Below, piece after piece: positions 1 to 8,060 of a stretch of 38,257 bases of DNA. Every line of letters begins with the position of its first letter. Position 1 is the first letter of the stretch. Both the position numbers and the translations under genes were made by a program. Source of the stretch: a virus. The stretch spans positions 1 to 38,257 of the IMG/VR virus record IMGVR_UViG_3300016484_000799, one strand, 5' to 3'. Under the pieces are notes generated by a model that was not told where the DNA came from, made no database searches, and saw only the letters and a list, made by a program, of their open reading frames with translations.

Positions 1-250
1 GTGCGGCTGCTTCATCTAGCGCAAGTGTTGGTCTTGTTTCATACTCTGACGCAAAGTCTATTTCAGAATTTGACGGACGGTCGGTCTCTGAAAAATATTA
101 TTTAACTGCCAACTTCACATCATCGAGTACGATACCTTTTAACTTTGACGGTAAGGAGAGTTCTTCTCATGGATCAGTTACACCAAGCGCTACAACATGG
201 AAATTCATTGCTCCCTTTACTTTTGAATACACTGTAAAAATATATCTACA
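1..250. repeat. Terminal direct repeat, copy 1; circular-closure overlap of the contig
   Basis: Nt 1..250 (gtgcggctgcttcatctagc ... gtaaaaatatatctaca) recur identically at 38008..38257. The repeat lies inside an open reading frame rather than in non-coding DNA. Confidence 0.95.
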
Positions 251-890
251 ACAATCAGCGGCGGCATCATCATATATTTGTATTTATAAAAACGGAGTGC
301 GATATAAAACTTTAGATTATATTGGCAGCTCTGTTAACGGAGGAAGTTCTTCTACGGATATTCAGCTCAACGCAAATGATTATATTGATATAAGAGCGGA
401 GACCTCATCTACTTGGACAGGAGGGACTCTCGGCACTGTGGGCGTAGGCCACATTGAAATCTCGTCGAGATCTGGCCAGTCGAGTATTTTGCAAGGACAA
501 AGGCAGATGGCAGAGTATTACTGGACAGCTAACCAGGGTATAACTGCGAATACTACAGTATTAAATCCAGATGGGAAAATTACTGACACGATGTCAGCGG
601 TAACGACTGGGGCTGCATGGAAATTCGAAGCGCAGAACTTTGGTGACTATCATATTCAAGGCGTAATGAACGTCGGGCCTTGTAACGTGTATATGAAAAT
701 CAATGGCGTTGCAAAGTGCTACGTTGGAGGCATGAGTGCAGCTTCGGCATCGCTTGGTTATATAAATAAAGTAATACAGCTTAATGCAAAAGATTATATT
801 CAGTTCTTTTTAGACGCATCCGTGACTATCACAGGCGGCTCAAGCACTGGTGGTTATTTTTCAACTCTTTCAATAAAACAGGTGAATTAA
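1..890 (+). CDS. 3' part of the long tail fibre gene that starts at 35799 and wraps across the contig junction; carries C-terminal tandem jelly-roll (C1q/TNF-like) modules
   Basis: The frame of the 297..890 ORF is open all the way back to nt 3 (AASSSASVGLVSYSDAK...). It is the same frame, modulo the 38007-bp circle, as the ORF that runs off the 3' end of the window. Stop is TAA at 888..890. The GTG at 297 offered by the track is an internal codon. Confidence 0.85.
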   Translation, partial: AAASSSASVGLVSYSDAKSISEFDGRSVSEKYYLTANFTSSSTIPFNFDGKESSSHGSVTPSATTWKFIAPFTFEYTVKIYLQQSAAASSYICIYKNGVRYKTLDYIGSSVNGGSSSTDIQLNANDYIDIRAETSSTWTGGTLGTVGVGHIEISSRSGQSSILQGQRQMAEYYWTANQGITANTTVLNPDGKITDTMSAVTTGAAWKFEAQNFGDYHIQGVMNVGPCNVYMKINGVAKCYVGGMSAASASLGYINKVIQLNAKDYIQFFLDASVTITGGSSTGGYFSTLSIKQVN

Positions 891-1481
891 ATGGTTCAAT
901 TAAAAATAATAGGTGGATATTACGACGGACTCATTTACGAATTCGAAAATCAATCTTTGGCTAACGATTGGGTGCTATTAAAAGGCTCCTCCCTTGGAGA
1001 GAAAGAGCCTAGAGTATCTTGCACATTGAAGAGCATACCGACAGAAGCACTGTCGTATGCCAAGCGAAAAGACGTCAACGGAGAACCTATTTTAAATGAA
1101 GAAGGTGAAGAAATTTACGATGCAACAATGCCAAGCGAATACGAGCTGATTTTTAACGACATCACGAAGAAAAAAGATGAGGATAGGCTGATAAGAAAAG
1201 GCGTTGTAGCTCAACAAAAGGGTGCTGAAATAATGGCTTTAGTTTTTTCGTTTAACGAATTGAATTTAAAGAGTGGATTTATCGATTCAGGGAAGTTTCA
1301 AAATATGTTAAACGACTCAAATCTTCTTTCTATAGAAAGAGTCCTTTGGAATGGTTCTCTGCTAACAGCAAAATATCTTATAAACTCAGATCAAGGACTT
1401 TCTAATTATTTCACAAAAGAGCAGATAATTTTGGTTAATGAAAAAATAAATGTATCAATAATTGAGATAGAGAATGTCTAG
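891..1481 (+). CDS. Hypothetical protein, 196 aa, immediately downstream of the fibre gene (possible fibre assembly or accessory protein)
   Basis: ATG abuts the TAA of the fibre gene (taaATG). It overlaps the next gene by 8 nt. No recognisable motifs. Confidence 0.6.
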   Translation: MVQLKIIGGYYDGLIYEFENQSLANDWVLLKGSSLGEKEPRVSCTLKSIPTEALSYAKRKDVNGEPILNEEGEEIYDATMPSEYELIFNDITKKKDEDRLIRKGVVAQQKGAEIMALVFSFNELNLKSGFIDSGKFQNMLNDSNLLSIERVLWNGSLLTAKYLINSDQGLSNYFTKEQIILVNEKINVSIIEIENV

Positions 1482-3933
1482 TGTTTATTATCCTCAAAAA
1501 TATTTAGAACTAAATGCTGCTGATACTAAGCAGCTTAATGTTGTTATAAAATTTGAGGGCACAGATACGCTTTTTTCTTTGATGCCTCTTTACAAGACTT
1601 TTAGGTATGGGGACCCTTATACATACGGAGAACCTAATTTGTTTTATGGCGGGCTTGTTCCTGTGCCAAATGTTAAACCAATTATTTCTCCACAATCAAA
1701 CCTCAACATCACGCAGAAGGTAGAGCCTGAACAAGGTCGTGGTTCAGCGGGAACTTTTTCGATAGATTTTATAGATGTTGACGGATTCATGTCTTCATTC
1801 ATTAGTCCTGGACAGGTCTTTGATGAATTATTGGGTAGCAAACAAGCGCAAATTTTTATAGGCCATTTAAACTCGTCATTCAAAGAAGATTATATCTGCA
1901 TTTTTAGGGGCTACGTCACACAAACTCAAATTACGCCAACGAAGATTACTTTGCAGTTTACGGACGCGAACATAAAAAGAAAACAGCAATCATTCTATAC
2001 AGCAAAAGCAAAACTAACGACAGACATAACGAATATTCAAACTTCAATAACTGTAGATAAAACTGATTCATTTATTAAATTTGTTACTGGTCCGAATGGT
2101 CTATATGATTCCTCGCTAAGATTGTTTTTTAGGATAGGAGACGAATTTTTAGAATATATCCCAACGTCTGTTATCACTTCCACATCCATTGATTCTATTG
2201 CTAGAGGCCAGCTAGGATCAATAGCAGCTTCGCACGCAAATGGAGACGAGGTGTCGAATCAAATAATGCTTGTCGGGAATATTATCGACTTAGCTCTTAA
2301 AATAATGATCTCCTCTGGGCCTCAGTTAACTAATAAAAAAATAGGCTCTTTCGTCTACACGAGCGATCCTATTGTTGGGAGCCTATCAAACGGCATAGTT
2401 CTACCACAAGGAGACGATGCCGATGTGGATTATGGAATCAGCATTGGTGATTACATAACCATAACTGGCTCTGCATCAAATAATGTAACGTGCATCGTTA
2501 CAGGTTTTATTGATGTTAATGGATACGTTAACAATGCAATTTTAACTGATCACATCTTTACTTTAGAAAACCCGACAAGTGGTGTTTTCTCCGTCCGGTC
2601 TAAACACGACGTTTACCCATCTCAGGTGGGAAACGGCTTAAAAATAACTGACATAGATGTTCGACAATGGGAGTATGTAAAATCAATTTTTGCTTTTCAG
2701 GCAGACTGTAATTTTCAATTTTTAATAAAGCAGCCGGCATCTGCAAAACAGTTTATTGAGTCAGAGCTTTTACTTCCTGCTGGTTTTTATGGTGTGACTA
2801 GGTTTGGAAGAATATCTATAGCCGCAACTAAACCACCACTCGCAAGCAGTAACATTGTTACTATTGACATCAACTCTATTATTGACCCTCAAAATATTTC
2901 AATAGTTCGAGGTCTAAATAATAGGCGTTACTTTTCCGAAGTGCAGTATAACTACGATTACAATTATGTTTTAGACAAAATGACTAGTTCTCAGTATTTC
3001 ATTAATACGAATGCTTTAAAGTTGTTTGATACTCAATCTCCTTTGCCAATAACATCAAATGGCTTACGCTCCGAAAATTCAGCTCAAACTTTTATAAATC
3101 GAAGATCTAAAACCATACTCGGTCGTTATCAATACGCGGCTTTTGAGATTTCAGTTAAGGTTTTATTTAAGATCGCGTCGCAAGTAGAAGTAGGGGATGT
3201 CGTAATTTTAAAAGACAATGGAACATTAAAAATAACCAATCTGAACACTGGCCTAAGAGATATCGGAGTTCAACTTTTTGAAGTTATAGACAGATCTTTA
3301 GATATTAAATCTAGCTCTGGGGCTTTAAAATTACTTTCTGTTTTAAATTATCAGATCAATGACCGATTCGCGTCGATAGCGCCTTCCTCGCTTGTTGACA
3401 CTGCAACAACAACTCAAGTTAGGATTAAAGATTCATTCGGTGCAAGATTCCAGCATCAAGAGTGGAAGAAATGGACCGAAATAATAGGCAGCGGAATCCG
3501 AATAAGGTCTGCTGATTTTTCTTATGACCATACAGTAACTTTGTTGGGTTTTGATTCGTTCGATAACTATTTGATGAACATTTCCCCAGCATTGCCATCT
3601 GCGCCTCTATCTAATTACATTGTAGAGGTTGCTCAATACGGATCAGGTTCGACGTCGGAACTACTTTACGCATTTTTAGATAAAACAGATAGTATCGTTT
3701 CTGTAATTAGTTCTTCGCAGTTCACTGTAGCTGATGGATCTATTTACAAAGCTAATCAATTAATAAAAATTCACTCATCAAGTTATTTAAGAAATTCAGA
3801 TGATATGACAATAAGCTCAATTGTTGGTAACACGATAACGCTAACAACTGCGCTAGGATTTACACCTATTGCGGGTGATAAAATAGAATTAATACTTTTC
3901 GCGGACTTATCAGGGCCTTATAAGATTTTATAA
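1474..3933 (+). CDS. Large tail/baseplate structural protein, 819 aa (putative tail tip or host-specificity protein)
   Basis: Long uninterrupted ORF in AT-rich DNA within the tail module, with a coupled start. Size and position fit a tail-tip or host-specificity protein. No catalytic motif recognised. Confidence 0.6.
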   Translation: MSSVYYPQKYLELNAADTKQLNVVIKFEGTDTLFSLMPLYKTFRYGDPYTYGEPNLFYGGLVPVPNVKPIISPQSNLNITQKVEPEQGRGSAGTFSIDFIDVDGFMSSFISPGQVFDELLGSKQAQIFIGHLNSSFKEDYICIFRGYVTQTQITPTKITLQFTDANIKRKQQSFYTAKAKLTTDITNIQTSITVDKTDSFIKFVTGPNGLYDSSLRLFFRIGDEFLEYIPTSVITSTSIDSIARGQLGSIAASHANGDEVSNQIMLVGNIIDLALKIMISSGPQLTNKKIGSFVYTSDPIVGSLSNGIVLPQGDDADVDYGISIGDYITITGSASNNVTCIVTGFIDVNGYVNNAILTDHIFTLENPTSGVFSVRSKHDVYPSQVGNGLKITDIDVRQWEYVKSIFAFQADCNFQFLIKQPASAKQFIESELLLPAGFYGVTRFGRISIAATKPPLASSNIVTIDINSIIDPQNISIVRGLNNRRYFSEVQYNYDYNYVLDKMTSSQYFINTNALKLFDTQSPLPITSNGLRSENSAQTFINRRSKTILGRYQYAAFEISVKVLFKIASQVEVGDVVILKDNGTLKITNLNTGLRDIGVQLFEVIDRSLDIKSSSGALKLLSVLNYQINDRFASIAPSSLVDTATTTQVRIKDSFGARFQHQEWKKWTEIIGSGIRIRSADFSYDHTVTLLGFDSFDNYLMNISPALPSAPLSNYIVEVAQYGSGSTSELLYAFLDKTDSIVSVISSSQFTVADGSIYKANQLIKIHSSSYLRNSDDMTISSIVGNTITLTTALGFTPIAGDKIELILFADLSGPYKIL

Positions 3934-3943
3934 AGGAGAAAAA

Positions 3944-4783
3944 ATGGCAACACCGATTCCAAATTCGTCAACTAAGATTTACCAAGAACAGGTTTTAACC
4001 AGAGAAGCTGTTAGCGAGGCTTTGCTGACTGCGATCGGTGGCGCTGTAAATACTTGCTTAGACAAGTCGGCAACTTTTGTAACAACAACAATTACAACAA
4101 GCGGAACTTGGACAGCGCCGTCGGGTGTTAATTTAATTTTTATTAGAGGCGTTGGAGGCGGTGGTGGTGGTGCAGGTGGCGGCGGTCAAGCAAGAGGCGG
4201 CGGCGGCGGTGGGGGCGGCTCCGAGATGCTGTCAACTCCTTTGGTCGTTGTACCGTTAACAGTCTACAGCATAACTATTGGGGCGGGTGGAAACGGTGGC
4301 GCTAATGCCGGAGGACCTTTTGTTGATGGATCGAACGGGACTGCTGGTGGAGCTACATCATTTAGCACACTATTCTCGATTCCTGGTGGTGGTGGCGGTA
4401 TTGCTGCAATTGGCTCAGGTGGTGCGGGAGGGAGCGGTGGAAGTTTCACCGCATCAAACATTAGTAAATTGCATGTGCTATCAATTAACGGAGGAGCTGG
4501 TGGAAGTGCTGGGGCATCTGGAGCGAATGGTATAGCGTCGAGTAATTTTTCTGGAGGCACACCAGGGCCAGCTTACGGTACAGGCGGCGGTGGCGGCGGC
4601 GGAGGTGCGTCAATATATGCAGCGGGTGCAAACGCTATAACTAACGTCCAGTCTTCAGCGTCGGGCTATGGCGCAGGTGGTGCGGGAGGGAACGGTGGAT
4701 CTTCAGGCGGTGCGGACTTTGGACCCGTTGGAGGGAATGGCTCACCTGGAAAATTAGAAATTTCTTACTTTGTGGTGGCGTAA
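3944..4783 (+). CDS. Glycine-rich domain protein (tail-fibre-like structural protein)
   Basis: AGGAG lies 6 nt upstream of the ATG. The segment ...TSGTWTAPSGVNLIFIRGVGGGGGGAGGGG... is followed by repeated GGxGG tracts, the pattern seen in phage glycine-rich-domain proteins. Confidence 0.7.
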   Translation: MATPIPNSSTKIYQEQVLTREAVSEALLTAIGGAVNTCLDKSATFVTTTITTSGTWTAPSGVNLIFIRGVGGGGGGAGGGGQARGGGGGGGGSEMLSTPLVVVPLTVYSITIGAGGNGGANAGGPFVDGSNGTAGGATSFSTLFSIPGGGGGIAAIGSGGAGGSGGSFTASNISKLHVLSINGGAGGSAGASGANGIASSNFSGGTPGPAYGTGGGGGGGGASIYAAGANAITNVQSSASGYGAGGAGGNGGSSGGADFGPVGGNGSPGKLEISYFVVA

Positions 4784-5329
4784 ATGTTTAGCGCGTTAAT
4801 AAAATTTATTTCTAGAATTTCAGTTTCAGAAAGGCGCATGTCAGATGCAGAGATGAGAGATCTTAAGCTTGTGGTTAAGGATGGTGACTGCTTAGTGACG
4901 CGATGTGATTGGGAGTTTTCGAACGTGCTTGAGTGGGTTTTTACTGGAGCATTTTACGGTCATGCGGCCATTTATATTAATGGGAAAATCTACGAGGCCA
5001 CGACAAAAGGAGTGCGTTGTATTTCTTTAGAAAAGTTTTTTTTTGAAAAGGATTATGTAGGTCTTTGCAGATTGCCAGGCGAGGACTGGACTAGTTCTCA
5101 ACTTGTAGACATAGAAAGTTTTTTAGTCAGGCAAATAAATGAACCTTATGATTTCTCTCTATCTTGGAACCCAACTGATAAGTGGTATTGCTCTAAGCTA
5201 GTTTATTTTGCGTGGAGAGCTGGTAAGCCAATCGGTGTTGATGTGATTCGTGTGGCTAGAACTTTAGGAAAGACCTTGATCACTCCTCATGATCTGTGGT
5301 CAACTTTAATAAAGGTTAAGAATTTTTAG
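4784..5329 (+). CDS. Permuted papain-like cell-wall amidase, YiiX/YaeF (C92, NlpC/P60 superfamily)-like
   Basis: His motif FYGHAAIYINGKIYEATTKGV comes before Cys motif DKWYCSKLVYFAW, which is the permuted His-then-Cys order typical of the C92 family. ATG abuts the stop of the glycine-rich gene. Confidence 0.65.
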   Translation: MFSALIKFISRISVSERRMSDAEMRDLKLVVKDGDCLVTRCDWEFSNVLEWVFTGAFYGHAAIYINGKIYEATTKGVRCISLEKFFFEKDYVGLCRLPGEDWTSSQLVDIESFLVRQINEPYDFSLSWNPTDKWYCSKLVYFAWRAGKPIGVDVIRVARTLGKTLITPHDLWSTLIKVKNF

Positions 5330-5339
5330 GAGCAAGCTA

Positions 5340-5483
5340 ATGGAAAAGAAATTTGAAATAACAGAGAAACAAATAAATTCAATTTATCAATTTTTATCAT
5401 TACTCCCGTTTAAAGATGTTGTGAATTTAGTTAAAATGCTAGAGGAAATCTACGCTACAAAAGAAGTGAAAGATGCTGAATAG
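5340..5483 (+). CDS. Small hypothetical protein, 47 aa (below the ORF-track size cutoff)
   Basis: AGGAG at 5328..5332 lies 7 nt upstream of ATG 5340. Product is MEKKFEITEKQINSIYQFLSLLPFKDVVNLVKMLEEIYATKEVKDAE. Its end overlaps the start of the next gene (ATGCTGAATAG). Confidence 0.45.
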   Translation: MEKKFEITEKQINSIYQFLSLLPFKDVVNLVKMLEEIYATKEVKDAE

Positions 5484-5736
5484 TCTAGACTATCAATCAG
5501 TTTTAATGATTCTTGGTGCCGTTGTGGGCTTTATCATTTGGCTTGCGCGGTTAGAGGGTAAAGTCACTTTTAACGAAAAGGAAATTAACGAACTTAGAGT
5601 TAAACATGAGAGTCTTGATTCTAAAGTAATTCAGCAGCTCGCGCAGGTGCGTGAGGCTCTAGCGAGAATCGAGGGCTTTTTAGGATCTTGTACTCAACAA
5701 CAAAATCATAACACGACAAAAAGGAGTCAAAAATGA
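5473..5736 (+). CDS. Membrane-anchored coiled-coil protein, 87 aa (holin- or i-spanin-like)
   Basis: There is a single N-terminal hydrophobic helix (VLMILGAVVGFIIWLA). A heptad-like segment follows (EKEINELRVKHESLDSKVIQQLAQVREALARIEGFL). Confidence 0.5.
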   Translation: MLNSLDYQSVLMILGAVVGFIIWLARLEGKVTFNEKEINELRVKHESLDSKVIQQLAQVREALARIEGFLGSCTQQQNHNTTKRSQK

Positions 5737-5936
5737 ATGAAGTATTAGTTTTAAAAGTGAAAGAAATAGCAGTAAAGCATGCAAAAGATTTATCAAAAGA
5801 AATTATAAATGAAGTCCTTTTCGCAGCTATTGACGAAGCTGTAAAGAAGACAGCGACTCCTATAGACGATGTTATTGTTGCAGCGTTAAAAGAGCCGATG
5901 AAACAAGCTCTTTTGGATTTAATAGAAAAGGCTTAG
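5733..5936 (+). CDS. Hypothetical small helical protein, 67 aa
   Basis: AGGAG lies upstream and the start overlaps the previous stop (ATGA). No motif recognised. Confidence 0.55.
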   Translation: MNEVLVLKVKEIAVKHAKDLSKEIINEVLFAAIDEAVKKTATPIDDVIVAALKEPMKQALLDLIEKA

Positions 5937-6011
5937 TTGAGTGGATGCATTTTGCCAGGACCATAATCAATTAATGATAATAATATTTATATGCTACTCA
6001 TTATTTGAATT

Positions 6012-6395
6012 TTGGCTTGGCAAAACCACAATTTTAAAGCCAAATTCTCTGCTGGAGTTTATATTTTTTTGGATCAAAAAACTTATATTCAAACAATAAA
6101 ATCAATATTGATCAAGTCAGCAGTTGATGCCTCGGTCGCTGCCTTGATACGCAATTTCACTTTCTTAAATTTCTTATGCGGACCGATAAGCCTTTTACTA
6201 TCTAAGTATTTTAATTTTATTTTTTCACAAGCTGAAATGTTAATCATATTTAAGTACATAGATTTAAGAGTTGATAACCAAGGTCGTGAATTTTACAATG
6301 CGTTAAATAAATATAATTCTCTAACTGATGAGGAAAAGTTAAAAAATGAAAACGCGCTTATTAATTCTTTTCGTAATTTTATCAAGCTTAACTAG
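6012..6395 (+). CDS. Hypothetical hydrophobic protein; start uncertain (TTG 6012 or TTG 6108)
   Basis: A 384-nt open frame in very AT-rich DNA. There is no ATG before codon 76 and no clear SD. It has hydrophobic stretches (FLNFLCGPISLLLSKYFNFIF, MLIIFKYI). Its 3' end overlaps the lipoprotein gene by 50 nt. Confidence 0.4.
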   Translation: MAWQNHNFKAKFSAGVYIFLDQKTYIQTIKSILIKSAVDASVAALIRNFTFLNFLCGPISLLLSKYFNFIFSQAEMLIIFKYIDLRVDNQGREFYNALNKYNSLTDEEKLKNENALINSFRNFIKLN

Positions 6396-6669
6396 CTGTT
6401 CAAATCAAGTTCCCAACATTCCAATATGCATAGAGTTAACCATCAATAAGGGCTATTGTGTTTGGACAATTGGAGAGCGCGAGCAAATGGTTGATGATCA
6501 CAATACTCTTTACGGGAAGACGTGGTGGGAACAGCGCAATGATATGTTACGATTGCCTATTCAGTCATGGGTTGAACTAAAGAAGTTTATTTTAAAGTCG
6601 TGCGAACAAAATAATAATCAGGGGTGCAAAGATGCAATCAAACTTTTTGACCTCAGAACTGGCCTGTAA
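6346..6669 (+). CDS. Lipoprotein, 107 aa (o-spanin-like or Llp-like superinfection-exclusion candidate)
   Basis: Signal peptide plus lipobox MKTRLLILFVILSSLTS|C. The mature part is Cys-rich. The start is embedded in the 3' end of the upstream ORF. Confidence 0.7.
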   Translation: MKTRLLILFVILSSLTSCSNQVPNIPICIELTINKGYCVWTIGEREQMVDDHNTLYGKTWWEQRNDMLRLPIQSWVELKKFILKSCEQNNNQGCKDAIKLFDLRTGL

Positions 6670-6832
6670 GTTTTTAAGTAAAAAAGAAATTATACTCTGT
6701 TTCGAACTTTCAAACGACCTTGATGTTGATGAGACTCAACTATCAATTTATAGACATATATTAAAAAAGCTCGACGTTAAAAGTTACGACGAGCTTTATT
6801 CTGTTTTTAATAGTTTTTTACAGGAGCACTAA
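6632..6832 (+). CDS. Hypothetical protein, 66 aa
   Basis: ATG ORF that overlaps the lipoprotein gene end. It converges on, and overlaps by 26 nt, the minus-strand endolysin gene. No motifs. Confidence 0.4.
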   Translation: MQSNFLTSELACKFLSKKEIILCFELSNDLDVDETQLSIYRHILKKLDVKSYDELYSVFNSFLQEH

Positions 6833-7484
6833 AATTAAGAAGTTTTAGAATTGCAGCGGCACCTAGGTATTCGTCACAAGATGCGTAAGGATAAAATTTG
6901 CCGTCCTCTATGTAATAACCTTTGTGTGCTGATACATTAGTGCATGCCCAAAGATATGGACTCGGAAGTCCACGCTTTAAGTATCCCCCACCGTTATACG
7001 CTTCTAGCTTTTTAAGACATGTAGCAAGATCCCATTTTGTAACTTTGTCAAAACCTTCATACTTTATCGAATCAATAGCAGCATCTTCCCAAGATGCAAA
7101 AGGTCCTCTGCCTGCAGGGACGTGTATTGTTGGGCCTGGCAATGGATCACCATTATGTAAACATGTATTAAAATTAAGTGAAGATTCTCGAAAATGTATA
7201 GCTGCAACCACTTCCCACGGAACGCCTGTTATATCTTGTACTTTTAAAAACTTATCTTTATTTTTTAAGATTTTAGCTAATGGTCGATCTCCCCAACTTT
7301 TATATTTATCTTCAATAACACACTTATTCCATGCCTCAACATACCATTTTGGTGTCCCGAGTCCTTGGAAAGTTTGAATTTCATCAATTTTATTTGGAGG
7401 TTTTGGAAACTCAACGATATTATTCTTGTCAGGAATAATTGTTTTCTCTTTTTTTTTAAAAAGATTTTTCAGCCATTGCCACAT
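6807..7484 (-). CDS. Lysozyme-family peptidoglycan hydrolase (endolysin candidate)
   Basis: Motifs AAIHFRESS, LHNGDPLPGPTIHVPAGRGP, LEAYNGGGYLKRGLPSPYLWACTN and GYYIEDGKF are present. They match the conserved blocks of the proteobacterial/phage 'lysozyme family protein' group (E-x-YNG-x-GY ... SPYLW). Confidence 0.75.
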   Translation of the reverse strand: MWQWLKNLFKKKEKTIIPDKNNIVEFPKPPNKIDEIQTFQGLGTPKWYVEAWNKCVIEDKYKSWGDRPLAKILKNKDKFLKVQDITGVPWEVVAAIHFRESSLNFNTCLHNGDPLPGPTIHVPAGRGPFASWEDAAIDSIKYEGFDKVTKWDLATCLKKLEAYNGGGYLKRGLPSPYLWACTNVSAHKGYYIEDGKFYPYASCDEYLGAAAILKLLNFSAPVKNY

Positions 7485-7725
7485 CTTGCACCTCTTTTTT
7501 TGTATATAAACATTTTGGGCCTGTTTTCGCTCTATATTTTAAAACTGCTTCATAGAATAACTTATTTTTAAGTAATTGACCATAGGCTTTTTGACCACCG
7601 ATCAAAAAAGCAGTGAATGATTGCACAGACCAGCCGCCGATTCCACAGTGTTCATGCAACTTTTTTAAAATTAAATTAATGTCATCTGTATGTCGCAAAT
7701 GTTTTTTAATATTCATAAACTGCAA
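7456..7725 (-). CDS. Hypothetical protein, 89 aa
   Basis: ORF within the coupled leftward operon, overlapping both neighbours. No motifs. Confidence 0.5.
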   Translation of the reverse strand: MQFMNIKKHLRHTDDINLILKKLHEHCGIGGWSVQSFTAFLIGGQKAYGQLLKNKLFYEAVLKYRAKTGPKCLYTKKEVQDVAMAEKSF

Positions 7726-7915
7726 CTTTCTTTATTTTTTTACTGTGATCAACTCTTACCCTAGAATGCTTGCGCTTTTGTATGCATAATCCTCCGCATT
7801 CTGGACAATAAAACATTGATCCACGCTTAATTGGATTTTTTTCGACTGGCTTGTAACTAGATCCTGTATGCCCAACGCATCGGAGCGAGTCGCATGTGTA
7901 AATTATGTCAGTCAT
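7706..7915 (-). CDS. Zinc-ribbon protein, 69 aa
   Basis: The Cys pairs C8-x4-C13 and C47-PE-C50 give a Cys4 ribbon pattern. The C-terminus is basic. Confidence 0.55.
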   Translation of the reverse strand: MTDIIYTCDSLRCVGHTGSSYKPVEKNPIKRGSMFYCPECGGLCIQKRKHSRVRVDHSKKIKKVAVYEY

Positions 7916-8060
7916 TTTCTTCCTCTAGTCTTGCTAGGTATTCTTTTAGTATTCTAATTTCATAGTTTTTCTTAATGAGAAAAGCTTCAAGCTCTTTGAT
8001 TCTTAATTTCATAGTTTCGATTTTTCGGATGTATTTTTCTATTAATTCTTCGTTGGTCAT
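7908..8060 (-). CDS. Small coiled-coil protein, 50 aa (below the ORF-track cutoff)
   Basis: Product is MTNEELIEKYIRKIETMKLRIKELEAFLIKKNYEIRILKEYLARLEEEND. Its ATG overlaps the upstream stop (ATGA), and its stop overlaps the next ATG (ATGACTGA). Confidence 0.5.
   Translation of the reverse strand: MTNEELIEKYIRKIETMKLRIKELEAFLIKKNYEIRILKEYLARLEEEND

Noticed and set aside
297-890. Track ORF presented as an independent 197-aa gene starting at GTG 297
   Set aside because: The frame is open upstream to the first base of the window. It is continuous, through the 250-nt closure repeat, with the ORF that starts at 35799. It is therefore the 3' end of that fibre gene.
1510-1883. Minus-strand ORFs 1510..1695 and 1644..1883
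   Set aside because: They are antisense to the 819-aa tail protein gene and have no start context.
4264-4560. Pro-rich minus-strand ORF, and the sense alternative-frame ORF 4278..4535
   Set aside because: These are compositional artefacts of the GGN-rich glycine gene. They have no SD, and the real gene fully explains the region.
6922-7377. 151-aa plus-strand ORF
   Set aside because: It is antisense to the lysozyme-family gene, which has strong conserved motifs. It has no start context.
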